Origin: an uncultured virus (IMG/VR IMGVR_UViG_3300024264_000021)
Lineage: Duplodnaviria > Heunggongvirae > Uroviricota > Caudoviricetes
Strand: one strand, 5' to 3'
DNA: 64,000 nt
Virus record (IMG/VR): IMGVR_UViG_3300024264_000021
Location: 1-64,000 of that record
Below, one piece after another: positions 17,988 to 27,607 of this stretch. The notes under the pieces are model-generated. The model saw only the letters and a program-made list of their open reading frames with translations, was not told where the DNA came from and searched no databases. The translations under genes were made by a program, and so were the position numbers. Positions within the stretch are counted from its first letter, which is position 1. Each line of letters begins with the position of its first letter.

Positions 17988-19376
17988 TCACTTTCGCTTT
18001 GATTTTTCTTTATCAAACTCTTTTATACTATTTAAAATTTTATAAACTTTCTTATAGTATCTATCTTTTTCTTTTTCAGGATCTGTAGCTACATCCAGAG
18101 CATATAACAACTCACCAAGAACTCTTCTGAAAGTCATAATTTTATCCTCATATCCTTCACCACCAAAGTAACGAATTTCAATACGTTCTGAACCTGCTCT
18201 GCGAATAGTTCTATTACTGAATTTGTAGTGAGAGTAATTGATATTGGTATACTTATCAAAAAGCTGTAATGTGCTTACTAATACTGCTATACCTGTTTTC
18301 ATATTGTTCTTTTTTACTTTTTCATCTAACCATTTTCCTAAAGATTCTGGTGACAAATTTACTGTTTTTGCAGTACGAAAATAATTATCTTTTATTTCTT
18401 TTAAAGTACCATCTATAAATTCAGCATCTTTTCTATCTCCAAATAATTTTTTATTATTCACTTGAGATTCATGAGAGAAGACTAAAAATTTTAATGCATC
18501 AAACTTTTTCATTCTTTCTGGTGTAAATGATATGTTGATGTGTAATCCACATTGCACATCCCTTACATTGTAATCTGGGTCTGATTCTTCAAATTCATCT
18601 GCAGATGCCATTGATTTTGTATTACCAACATTTCTAATGTAGTTGAACATTTTATCAGTTACTTCTAATGCCTCTTGCGGTCTCATCACAGGACTTACCA
18701 TCTCTATACCACCGAGTGCTGGTGAAATTGATTGGTCAATTACAATTGCCCATCTATTTGCTTTTGCAGTAGCACCATGCTTACTAGATATCAATGGATT
18801 CTTGATGAATGGTGGTAAATTTCTTTCTTGCTTATAGAATTTTCTTACGTCTGCAAATGGAACATTCTCATCTGTTTGTGCGTTCAGCAAATCCATAAAT
18901 TTTTCCAACTTTCTTAGTTGTCTTTTCACTCTGTCAAATACATCTTGTTTATAATTTTGAGGATAATACAACTCTTTAAATCTAGAGCCTGCTTGAGCTA
19001 CAATGTAGTAGATGTAGTCCGCAACAGTTTTCTCATTTAATCCTTGTCTTTTGAAATATCCTAATAATATCTTACGTTCTCTTGTCTGAAAATCATTTAA
19101 AATATCATCATCTGTTATGATTTTATTTCTTTTGTTCTTTTCAACATTACGATTATTATTCAATATGTTTCTATTTTTTTTCTTTGCACCAGTGAGTAAA
19201 TCAGAAAGTGTACCAAGTAGTAATGTTTCTTCTGCGCTCGGACGATTGCTATCTTCTAAGAATCTTTCATTGTAAAATTCAAATTCAAGACCAACTTTGA
19301 AATCATTGTTGCTGAAGACTTGATCTATTTGATTTTTTTTAATACCTTCAGTTAAAAAACTTTTAAATGGTAGCAT
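17988..19376 (-). CDS. Amidoligase (COOH-NH2 ligase type 2) family protein with putative capsid-targeting N-terminus
   Basis: VGLEFEF, DQSI, GIEMVSP, CGLHINIS, KYTNIN and IEIRYFGG motifs; starts MLPFKSFLTE. Confidence 0.8.
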   Translation of the reverse strand: MLPFKSFLTEGIKKNQIDQVFSNNDFKVGLEFEFYNERFLEDSNRPSAEETLLLGTLSDLLTGAKKKNRNILNNNRNVEKNKRNKIITDDDILNDFQTRERKILLGYFKRQGLNEKTVADYIYYIVAQAGSRFKELYYPQNYKQDVFDRVKRQLRKLEKFMDLLNAQTDENVPFADVRKFYKQERNLPPFIKNPLISSKHGATAKANRWAIVIDQSISPALGGIEMVSPVMRPQEALEVTDKMFNYIRNVGNTKSMASADEFEESDPDYNVRDVQCGLHINISFTPERMKKFDALKFLVFSHESQVNNKKLFGDRKDAEFIDGTLKEIKDNYFRTAKTVNLSPESLGKWLDEKVKKNNMKTGIAVLVSTLQLFDKYTNINYSHYKFSNRTIRRAGSERIEIRYFGGEGYEDKIMTFRRVLGELLYALDVATDPEKEKDRYYKKVYKILNSIKEFDKEKSKRK

Positions 19377-19377
19377 T

Positions 19378-19782
19378 TTAATTTAAAAATAATAATGGTG
19401 TTTCTGATTTAGTTTTACGTTCTTTTGCATATTGTTCTACTGCTTTTTCACCTAAAAGTAATTTAGTTATTTTTCCTTCTGAATTTTTCATTTCAACAAA
19501 TGCAGAAATTATATCTACTTTTTTTTCTAAAAATTCTTTAGTAAATAAACTTGCTGAAAATGGATCACATTCAAAAAGATTAAAAAACAATCCTAATGTA
19601 TTTGTATTATAAACTTCAAGCATTAATGGAGCATGGTTATAAAGCATTATTCTTGCTATAACTTCATCATTATGTATATTAAAATCTTCATGTTCAAATA
19701 ATTTGTCTATGCCTGCTACTGTATACTTTCTAGATTTGCAAAAATCTAAAACATCATTTACTATGTCTTCATATTCTTGCAT
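19378..19782 (-). CDS. Hypothetical protein
   Basis: 134-aa ORF packed against the next gene. Confidence 0.7.
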   Translation of the reverse strand: MQEYEDIVNDVLDFCKSRKYTVAGIDKLFEHEDFNIHNDEVIARIMLYNHAPLMLEVYNTNTLGLFFNLFECDPFSASLFTKEFLEKKVDIISAFVEMKNSEGKITKLLLGEKAVEQYAKERKTKSETPLLFLN

Positions 19783-19835
19783 TTACTTTCTCGTTTTGGG
19801 GGAATATTAAAATTCCCCTACCTTGTGTATTTAGA

Positions 19836-20630
19836 TTAATTTACGGGGGTTGCTTCTATAGAATATCGCTGACCAGCAACTACAATATTATTAAAAGGTT
19901 CTCTTTGTACTTTGTGACCATTGTATAATATCCTTTCTTTTTTCTCTTTATCATATTGATTTTTAGCTATAATATAATCTCTAATAAAATCATTTCGGAC
20001 AATATCTTTTTCTTGAAACGCCACGATTTTAAAACCTTTTGTTTTTTTAGCTATTTCAAAAAAATCTTTAATCCCACTTTCTTCCATATCTAAATCCATT
20101 TGTCCAAAATCTCCTGCCAAAATTAAAGCCGAATCCTTTCCTATGCGAGTGACTACGTTATGAATTTCGTTATAAGCTAAATTTTGAATTTCATCAACAA
20201 AGATAATTGTATTATCTATAGTTGTTCCTCTTAAAAAAGAAGTAGAACAGAACTCCACTACTCCCTTCTTTTCAAGAATTTCCCAAGCGTCATCTCTTTT
20301 AAAAAGTTCTTGCACAATAGATTGATATGGTCTTTTATAAACAGAAATTTTTTCTTCTTCAGTTCCTGGTAAAAAACCAATGTCTCTAGAAGGCACACAA
20401 GACCTACATATGAGAACTTTTTTGTATGGAGAATGTGGGTCAAACACTGCTTCTAACCCAAGAAAAATAGATAAAAAAGATTTACCTGTACCCGCCGTTC
20501 CCATTGAAATTACATGATGACCATCATAAAAAGAATTGAATAATAAATTTTGAGCATTAGTCATCGGCTCAATTTCTCTTAATTGCAATCCGCGGTTTTG
20601 GTTAGAAGTTTGTGTCTTTTTTCTTGACAT
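19836..20630 (-). CDS. phoH: PhoH-family ATPase
   Basis: GTAGTGKS Walker A, RDIGFLPG, SFLRG.T, VDEIQN, TRIG, GDFGQMDL, DIVR. Confidence 0.95.
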   Translation of the reverse strand: MSRKKTQTSNQNRGLQLREIEPMTNAQNLLFNSFYDGHHVISMGTAGTGKSFLSIFLGLEAVFDPHSPYKKVLICRSCVPSRDIGFLPGTEEEKISVYKRPYQSIVQELFKRDDAWEILEKKGVVEFCSTSFLRGTTIDNTIIFVDEIQNLAYNEIHNVVTRIGKDSALILAGDFGQMDLDMEESGIKDFFEIAKKTKGFKIVAFQEKDIVRNDFIRDYIIAKNQYDKEKKERILYNGHKVQREPFNNIVVAGQRYSIEATPVN

Positions 20631-20740
20631 AAGTAACTCCGTATTGTTTTAACAAGAATTACTCAGGTTTGCTATCACTCACTCAGAATATAAAACCCGA
20701 GTGAGCTATTTAATATCTCTCTATTAGAAACCTCCTTTAA

Positions 20741-20992
20741 TTAATCCACATTAATTGTATTTCCAGGAATGTTTCTTTTCATTTCTCTTAACTTATCCCG
20801 AAAGCCTTCATCTGGTTTTTTACCAGTTAAAGAAAAATTATCGTAACCGATAGTTGGTGATGAAACTTTTAATTTAAGAGAACAGTTATTTTTTGAACAT
20901 TCTTCATTAATAGGTTCATGTCTTTTTGAAATTGACATAAAAATTTCAAAATCATTTTCGCAGGTATCACAGTGATAATCATAGCTTGGCAT
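20741..20992 (-). CDS. FmdB-family zinc-ribbon protein (start moved to MPSYDY)
   Basis: MP.YDY.C..C...FE, later C....C, KPDEGFRDKL; GGAG precedes the ATG at 20992. Confidence 0.85.
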   Translation of the reverse strand: MPSYDYHCDTCENDFEIFMSISKRHEPINEECSKNNCSLKLKVSSPTIGYDNFSLTGKKPDEGFRDKLREMKRNIPGNTINVD

Positions 20993-21013
20993 AAGATACT
21001 CCATTTTAAATTT

Positions 21014-21021
21014 TATAAATA
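21014..21021 (+). promoter_or_regulatory. T4-type late promoter TATAAATA
   Basis: Exact consensus 46 nt upstream of the 21067 start. Confidence 0.6.
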
Positions 21022-21066
21022 TAACATAACCAATACATTTATTTATCAAAAAATCTTTTTAGTATT

Positions 21067-22959
21067 ATGAAATCATTTACAACTATTTTAACAGAAGCTA
21101 GAAGAAATCCAGAATTGAATGTAAAACAATTTCCTGTTGAGGCATTGTTAAAATATGAGAAGGACCTAGATATTTTTATTTCATTCATATCTAATGCAAA
21201 AGAATTTACAGAAACAGGTAAAAGCGGTGAACTATCAGCACAAGTAGGATTGAACACCAAATCAAAATTCAACACTCCGAATGGTGTATACACATATCCT
21301 CTAGAAGAAGTTTATTTAATGTATAGTGGTGGTAAAGAATATAAAAGATTTAATGTTCCTTTTGTAAAAGAAAAACCTAAAATAGCTATTCTTAAAAGAA
21401 AGGGTAATAAAAATATTAATGATGTTGGTAGAGATTATAAGCAAGCTATGCTAGAAAAGGATGTGAGAAAAATAATTGAGTATGCCTCTAAAAAATTGAT
21501 GGATGTATTGAATATTAAAAATGAAAAGCTAATGTATTATATGATGTTGTCTGTTATTGAGCATTCAATGAAAGGTGCAAAGGCTGAAAATCGTGGTGCT
21601 GAATTTTGGAACATAACTAGAACAGTTTCTGGATTAATTGCACAAGCAAGGAAAGTAAAACAACTTACAGCAACTTCAAAAGAATATGACAAGGATAACA
21701 CATACAATATGGTTTATACTTTAAAGGATGCTGAAGGTCCAACTAGCTTTAATGCAGAAGTAGACTTAACAGAAAAAGATAAAATAAAAGATTTTTTACC
21801 AGATAAAGTTGAATCAGTTCCAGCAGAAATGAAAACTGACCCGTATAAATTTATTAAAAAAGAATCTAGAGATTTTAAATTTGATTTGGTAATAATGAAA
21901 GACCCATCACCAAATGAAAAGAAAGGTGCAAAACCAGCGGCTAACGCATGGGCTAATTTGTTGATTAATATTGGATATGATTCTATTAGTGATAGAAGTG
22001 GTTATGGAATTATTCATGAGGCAGAGCCTGTACAAGCAGTATTTTTATCCAGAGCAGGTTATAAAGTATTGGATATCATTGATAATAAAACATATGAGGA
22101 TAAAACACCACATGCAATTGAATATAAGAAACTAGATTCTAAAGAAAAAAAGATTAACTATATTTTAAAAGATATTATTAGGAACAAATACGATCCAATG
22201 AAAGAAACTAGGCCTTTGTATGCAAAAGGAAATGTAGCAATGCATACAAGAATGACTACTTTCTATAAAGCATGTAAGGATTACAATGTTAAATTAGACA
22301 AAGATGTTCTAGAAGTAGTAATCAAGAAGGAACCAGATGCTGCCGTTGGAATGCATCATTATACTGATGATGCTAAATTTCTAAACTATTTTTATAAGTG
22401 GGCATTCATAAAAGAGCCGATGCATGTGCGTGTATTAATGGAACTTGAAAACTCTAAACTAGATGTTGATTCATTTATATTTGCATTAAAGGAAGCTAAA
22501 GAAAAGAATACAAGTGTCCGTGACTTAGGTAGATGGGTAAATAGATGGTATGAACTTAAAAAAGAAGTTCCATTGAAACTACAATTAGCTGCAGTTGATA
22601 TTTGGCCTGGTATGGCAAAATATTTTGGAGATTCTAAAGAATTGGAAGTATTTGAAAAGATATTGAAGAGTGATGAGCCGAGTGGAATCAAAGGATTCTT
22701 TATGCATAATTCTACTAAATCAATAACCGATTTTAGTAAAGAACCTAAATTTGAAACAAAAGTTATAGATATAATAGTGAATGATTATTTCAAAGATTTA
22801 GGTCCTGGATTCTTTAAAGACTTGGAAAAAGAAACAGAAGAAGTACGAAAGAATAAACTAGATGAACAATTAAACTACATAGCATTTACTGTTTTCAGAA
22901 GAAAACTTACCCCGAAAGGTGCAATACATTTAAATAACCGTGTATACAATTTTACATGA
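21067..22959 (+). CDS. Hypothetical protein; candidate internal head protein, possibly ADP-ribosyltransferase-like
   Basis: 630 aa; starts MKSFTTILTE; NTPNGVYTYP and GYDSISD..G.G.IHEAEPVQAVF motifs. Confidence 0.6.
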   Translation: MKSFTTILTEARRNPELNVKQFPVEALLKYEKDLDIFISFISNAKEFTETGKSGELSAQVGLNTKSKFNTPNGVYTYPLEEVYLMYSGGKEYKRFNVPFVKEKPKIAILKRKGNKNINDVGRDYKQAMLEKDVRKIIEYASKKLMDVLNIKNEKLMYYMMLSVIEHSMKGAKAENRGAEFWNITRTVSGLIAQARKVKQLTATSKEYDKDNTYNMVYTLKDAEGPTSFNAEVDLTEKDKIKDFLPDKVESVPAEMKTDPYKFIKKESRDFKFDLVIMKDPSPNEKKGAKPAANAWANLLINIGYDSISDRSGYGIIHEAEPVQAVFLSRAGYKVLDIIDNKTYEDKTPHAIEYKKLDSKEKKINYILKDIIRNKYDPMKETRPLYAKGNVAMHTRMTTFYKACKDYNVKLDKDVLEVVIKKEPDAAVGMHHYTDDAKFLNYFYKWAFIKEPMHVRVLMELENSKLDVDSFIFALKEAKEKNTSVRDLGRWVNRWYELKKEVPLKLQLAAVDIWPGMAKYFGDSKELEVFEKILKSDEPSGIKGFFMHNSTKSITDFSKEPKFETKVIDIIVNDYFKDLGPGFFKDLEKETEEVRKNKLDEQLNYIAFTVFRRKLTPKGAIHLNNRVYNFT

Positions 22960-23696
22960 AAAACTTTAAACAATTCTTTTTAAATTTGCAAGAGGCACTC
23001 ACTAAAATTTTAGTTGTCTTTGATATTGACGATACGTTGGTTCACACATCAACAAAAGTTAGAGTAATGAAAGATGGGAAAAAAATAAGGGAACTGAACA
23101 GTCATGAGTTCACCAACTATAAACTCAAGGACGGTGAAGAATTTGATTTTGAGAACTTTCGCAATGCAAAAGAATTTTTTGATAATGCAAAACCGATCAT
23201 TCCTATGATGAAACAATTGAAGAGAGATATCAATCGTGGGAATAAAGTTGTAATGGTTACTGCCAGAGCGGACTTTGATGATAAAGAATTATTTTTAGAT
23301 ACCTTTCGTAAGTACGGAATTGATATGAAAAAAGTTCATGTATACCGTGCCGGTAACATGAAGGGTGGAACTATTGAGGAAAACAAGAAAAAAATCATTC
23401 TTTCTCTGATGAACAAGGATACTTACGATAAGGTCATTATGTACGATGATTCAAAAGCAAATCTAAATTCTTTTGTTTCTTTGAAAAAAGATTATCCTAA
23501 TGCTAAGTTTTATGGTTGGTATGTAAACCCTACTGGCGAAGCATCTGAAGCTCTGAGAGAACAATTTTATGACATTGCTGAAAAATGGACTAAGAAATAC
23601 AAAAAGTCCATTGACTGTAATAACCCCAAGGGGTTTAGCCAACGTGCACATTGCCAAGGAAAGAAAAAATTAAAATCAGCAAGAAAAATTAGGTGA
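22956..23696 (+). CDS. HAD-superfamily phosphatase with capsid-targeting-like N-terminus and basic Cys/His C-terminal module
   Basis: VFDIDDTL (DxD), VMVTAR, conserved K, MYDDS..NL; tail KWTKKYKKSIDCNNPKGFSQRAHCQG. Confidence 0.85.
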   Translation: MKNFKQFFLNLQEALTKILVVFDIDDTLVHTSTKVRVMKDGKKIRELNSHEFTNYKLKDGEEFDFENFRNAKEFFDNAKPIIPMMKQLKRDINRGNKVVMVTARADFDDKELFLDTFRKYGIDMKKVHVYRAGNMKGGTIEENKKKIILSLMNKDTYDKVIMYDDSKANLNSFVSLKKDYPNAKFYGWYVNPTGEASEALREQFYDIAEKWTKKYKKSIDCNNPKGFSQRAHCQGKKKLKSARKIR

Positions 23697-23700
23697 GTTT

Positions 23701-24411
23701 TTAATCAAGATTACTTTTTTTATATTCTTTTATCACATTAAATAGTTTAAACAAATTAAAACATACAGTACCGAGTGAAAATGAGGTTGCTCCTAATTTA
23801 TTATATTTTCTTATATCTTCTATGTTTTCAATACCTCCTCCCGCTATTATATCCGCATCTTTTTTAAAGTACTTTATGATCCTTATTAATCTTTCTATAT
23901 GAACATAAAGGCCTTTTCCACTCATACCGCCTTTTTCTGTTGGTAATGTATTACAACAATGAAAACTATCAAATCCTTGATTAATTAAACTTACAATAGT
24001 TTCTTTTGTTGTTAAAGGTGATAGTTTAGCAATTACCTTTCTATCTCCATTTAAAAACTTATCAATGCCTTGATTATAATCATCAAAATGTTCTATATTA
24101 GGACAACTTAAATTTAATTCAATATCTGTATTAAAAGGTATAATATTGTTTAAGATTTCCCAATCTCCGGATTTGATAGCGGCTACAGATAATATATCAC
24201 CTGTTGACTCATTATATCTTCTCAACCCATATTCTATGCCAGGATTTCTTAATCCTATTGCATTATACCATACACCATCATGGTATCTTAGCGTAGTGGC
24301 TATCTGCTTTAATAATCCAGTTCTTTTTTCTACAGTAAAAGAACCTACCACACTTCTAATATTTGCTGTTTTAATATAATTTCCAAAAGGTGCTGCAATA
24401 TAAAGAGTCAT
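23701..24411 (-). CDS. Short dihydroorotate dehydrogenase-like FMN enzyme
   Basis: NAIGLRNPG, ELNLSCPN, KLSP, NT..T..GGMSG and IIAGGGI motifs; only 236 aa. Confidence 0.8.
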   Translation of the reverse strand: MTLYIAAPFGNYIKTANIRSVVGSFTVEKRTGLLKQIATTLRYHDGVWYNAIGLRNPGIEYGLRRYNESTGDILSVAAIKSGDWEILNNIIPFNTDIELNLSCPNIEHFDDYNQGIDKFLNGDRKVIAKLSPLTTKETIVSLINQGFDSFHCCNTLPTEKGGMSGKGLYVHIERLIRIIKYFKKDADIIAGGGIENIEDIRKYNKLGATSFSLGTVCFNLFKLFNVIKEYKKSNLD

Positions 24412-24412
24412 T

Positions 24413-24841
24413 TTAAATAAGTTCCCATTGGGGATAAACTTTTTCTATAACTTTCTTTTTAATACCGGGATAAGAAATTAAATTTTTATCCTTAACTTCA
24501 CATAAAAGTTTTGCTTCATTGATATCCAAATTTTCTAATAAATCTATGAATAATTGCTCACGTTTGACTTGAGGAATATGCATTGTATTTTCATTTATAA
24601 ACAATTCAATTGACTTTCTGTTAGCATATAAAAGAGTAGCATTAAATAAATCTGCTTCTCCCGTTTTTATATAAGGTGGTTCACCATCGGGCAAATTAAT
24701 TTTTAAATTTTTACTAAATGCTAATTCCAATAGTAAATCAACCATACTATTGCGATTATTTTTTAAAACTTTAACTTTTTCTAGATGTGTTTTAGCATCT
24801 GATATTTCTTTAAAGATAATAGGAATTGGTTTCAAAGACAT
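24413..24841 (-). CDS. Conserved T4-like hypothetical protein
   Basis: LPDGEPPY and KREQLFIDLLE.L...EA.LL..VKDK motifs recalled from T4-like phages. Confidence 0.75.
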   Translation of the reverse strand: MSLKPIPIIFKEISDAKTHLEKVKVLKNNRNSMVDLLLELAFSKNLKINLPDGEPPYIKTGEADLFNATLLYANRKSIELFINENTMHIPQVKREQLFIDLLENLDINEAKLLCEVKDKNLISYPGIKKKVIEKVYPQWELI

Positions 24842-24851
24842 AATTGTTACC

Positions 24852-25928
24852 TCATAAATCTAAATAATTTTGAATAACACAGAATTTATCAGTAGTGCGA
24901 TATTCATTGTTTTTAATTTCTATAGGTTCATACCTACGAACCCGAATGTGCTTTTTTAAATTCTTTGCGTCTTTTTCAGTTTTTGCTTTTGCCAAATAAA
25001 TTGCAGCACTTTCTTGATATCTACCATATACAATAATCTTTTCAGCAGAATCCACATTTGTAAGAAAAGAAGATCTCGCATCAAATCCAGATTTAGACTC
25101 CAATCTCAGAATAGTTCGTTTCGCATCAGACACTACATACGCAACTCGCTTGCCTAATAGATGCTTTATTTCTACTGTAGAAAGACCGTAAACTTCATTT
25201 TTAAACTTTATATTTTTAATAATTTCAGAAATAGGTTTAAGTTTAATAGCCCGTGTTTTCTTATTTTCTGAAGTTACAATATTTTTAACAGATAGTAACT
25301 CTTCTTTTACTTGCTTTAGATTTTTAAAAATTATGTTTAATTGTCTTTTAGTAAGAAAAGAATAACCTTCTTGAAGATCTTCATCGTTTGGAATATTTCG
25401 CAAATCTCTTAGATGATCTTGTTCTAAATTTTCAGCTAAAACTTGTGTATTTGATTTACTTAAACCATACATTAAAATAGTAGATTCGGCACTTATAGTG
25501 TGTTTACCCTTTGTGTCGTATAATTTATCTATCAGTGTTTCTAAAAAAGAATATGCATCATTTTCTTTATTTTTATTTTTCCTTTCTGCAGAAATTGTTG
25601 GTAGAAGTGTGGGCTTTTCAACCTTTCTCTTTTGTAGTTTAATACTCTCAATATAATGATTGAGTTTATCAACATACTCAACAGGAACTTTATTGCCATT
25701 TGTAATAATTCTAGCCAACCATCCATATGCCAATGGAATATATGATTGACTATTAATTATTGCTTGCTTCTTTGTTGATTTGACAAATTCACATAAAAAA
25801 TTTCTAGCATCTTTTTCTGTATAATTAATACGATAATAATTATAATATCTGGCTATATCAAATTCAGAAAGTTGTTCAACAGAATGGGGTTCCATTGAAA
25901 TGATAGAGTGTTTTCGCCTTTTTTTCAT
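24852..25928 (-). CDS. Conserved T4-like hypothetical protein
   Basis: 358-aa ORF; YNYY, GWLAR and DEDLQEGYSFL motifs. Confidence 0.7.
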   Translation of the reverse strand: MKKRRKHSIISMEPHSVEQLSEFDIARYYNYYRINYTEKDARNFLCEFVKSTKKQAIINSQSYIPLAYGWLARIITNGNKVPVEYVDKLNHYIESIKLQKRKVEKPTLLPTISAERKNKNKENDAYSFLETLIDKLYDTKGKHTISAESTILMYGLSKSNTQVLAENLEQDHLRDLRNIPNDEDLQEGYSFLTKRQLNIIFKNLKQVKEELLSVKNIVTSENKKTRAIKLKPISEIIKNIKFKNEVYGLSTVEIKHLLGKRVAYVVSDAKRTILRLESKSGFDARSSFLTNVDSAEKIIVYGRYQESAAIYLAKAKTEKDAKNLKKHIRVRRYEPIEIKNNEYRTTDKFCVIQNYLDL

Positions 25929-25942
25929 AATAAACCTTTTTT

Positions 25943-26158
25943 TTAATCAAGATGAGTTAATGAGGCTTTCCAATTATCAACTACACAATTTTTTGCTAAA
26001 ATCATAAAATTAGTTTTTGTTTCAAAAATCCCTTCACCTACAATGTTATCAACTAGAAAAGGTTTTTCATCAAAAACACAAAAATCACCATTCTCATCAA
26101 CAGCATGATATTTTGCCCATTCTGGCATATCAAAATCTAACTCAACTTTCTTTTTCAT
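25943..26158 (-). CDS. Small phage hypothetical protein
   Basis: PEWAKY.AVDENG...F.EKP...WKASL motif typical of small phage proteins. Confidence 0.75.
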   Translation of the reverse strand: MKKKVELDFDMPEWAKYHAVDENGDFCVFDEKPFLVDNIVGEGIFETKTNFMILAKNCVVDNWKASLTHLD

Positions 26159-26450
26159 CTTCAGACTCCATATAATAATATTCTTTTGTATTCAATAATA
26201 TATTAACTTCATTTGTATTTCCATTTACATAAGTTAATTTAAGATATTGTCTATCCAACAATTCTTGAGAGATTGTTCTGGTCATATGGTGAACTCCCTC
26301 TTTGGTAATGTATGACTGCACAAAAGACCATGTGCTATCTTCTCTCCACATAGAAAATAATATATATAATCCACCAACACCACCATTTTTATTATTTTCT
26401 TCACAGTTCGCAACTTCAAAAACTAATTCTTTAAGTTTCTCTACTTTCAT
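26142..26450 (-). CDS. Hypothetical protein
   Basis: 102-aa ORF in a tightly packed minus-strand run. Confidence 0.65.
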   Translation of the reverse strand: MKVEKLKELVFEVANCEENNKNGGVGGLYILFSMWREDSTWSFVQSYITKEGVHHMTRTISQELLDRQYLKLTYVNGNTNEVNILLNTKEYYYMESEDEKES

Positions 26451-26485
26451 AAAAACATCTCTTTCATATTATAAAAATCTTTTAA

Positions 26486-27058
26486 TCAATATTTAAATTT
26501 ATCATATGGATGGTCACGCAAATCTCTCATACGAAATCCGTATAAAACTTTTGGTGTCTGATTTAGATTATTGGCTTTAAATATTAATAAAAAGTGTTTT
26601 TGTGCAAATTTAGTTATCCATTCTTTGTCTCTCATTATATATTTTGATGCTGCCAATTGTTCTGGATATGTAGAATATGTACCGCCAGCAGATACTGTAA
26701 TTAAATCCTTATTAATGTTAAAAGCATCATATCCTAATTGTGCATCATACAATAGTTGATCATTTAAAAAGGTATAACCATCAGTACCAACCTGATTTAC
26801 GGTGTCACCATTGGAATCAGTATATGTTCTTCTTGAAAAAACTATTTCTTCGTTTGAAAAAACTTGTAATTTTTCTCTTGCAGAATATTTTTCATAAACA
26901 TACTTGTCTAGACCAGTAGAAGTTATTTCTCCTAACACAAAAGAAAGTTGAAATATGTATTGCGATGTGTGGTCAAACAAATACATTCTCATTCTATCTT
27001 TAATAAAATATGTATTTTGCTCTTTAGCAAAAACAGTTGGAAATGTTAAACGACTCAT
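26486..27058 (-). CDS. Hypothetical protein
   Basis: 190-aa ORF, ATGA-coupled to the upstream gene. Confidence 0.7.
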   Translation of the reverse strand: MSRLTFPTVFAKEQNTYFIKDRMRMYLFDHTSQYIFQLSFVLGEITSTGLDKYVYEKYSAREKLQVFSNEEIVFSRRTYTDSNGDTVNQVGTDGYTFLNDQLLYDAQLGYDAFNINKDLITVSAGGTYSTYPEQLAASKYIMRDKEWITKFAQKHFLLIFKANNLNQTPKVLYGFRMRDLRDHPYDKFKY

Positions 27059-27549
27059 TTTTTCTCTTTAAAATTTATTAAAATATTTTCTGGTTTGTTA
27101 AGTTGATTAACCCAAATGCTTTTTCTTGGGTTAATGTTCATATTTCCAGTTCGTTCAGCATTCAATAAACTACAGTTAGTATAATGTTTTTTAAACAATG
27201 GAACATCACCTTCATTTTTTCTTGTTAATTCAAATTGAAATTCAGCTTGCTGATTTTCTTCACGATAACTATCCATAATACAAGAACATACATATCCAGC
27301 ATTTTCCGCAGCTATATTTCTTGGTACACCTTCGCTGGATAATTTCATCATAATCATATTAATACAGAATGACATAAATTGACCAATCATTACTGTAGGA
27401 TAATTGACATTTGGTTGAACTCCTTTTTGAATTTCTTGCTGCTGTATTACAGGAGGATTAGTATCAAAAAGAAGCGGGTCTGCTTGAATTGATGTTATGC
27501 TAGATAATAAAAACGCACCACAAACAAATGCCGCTAGAAATTTTTTCAT
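27055..27549 (-). CDS. Exported Cys-containing hypothetical protein
   Basis: MKKFLAAFVCGAFLLSSITSIQA signal peptide; FC, CSC and C residues in the mature part. Confidence 0.7.
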   Translation of the reverse strand: MKKFLAAFVCGAFLLSSITSIQADPLLFDTNPPVIQQQEIQKGVQPNVNYPTVMIGQFMSFCINMIMMKLSSEGVPRNIAAENAGYVCSCIMDSYREENQQAEFQFELTRKNEGDVPLFKKHYTNCSLLNAERTGNMNINPRKSIWVNQLNKPENILINFKEKK

Positions 27550-27607
27550 TTAAATTCTCTGAATAAGTTTTACATTTTTTTATATTTATCATATTATTAC
27601 CAATAAA

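Noticed and set aside
19798..19818. GGGGAAT/ATTCCCC hairpin after phoH
   Set aside because: No U-tract on the coding strand, so not called a terminator
20641..20706. c-di-GMP-I riboswitch suggested by GCAAACC in the phoH leader
   Set aside because: No GNRA-capped P2 stem or second GCAAA element follows
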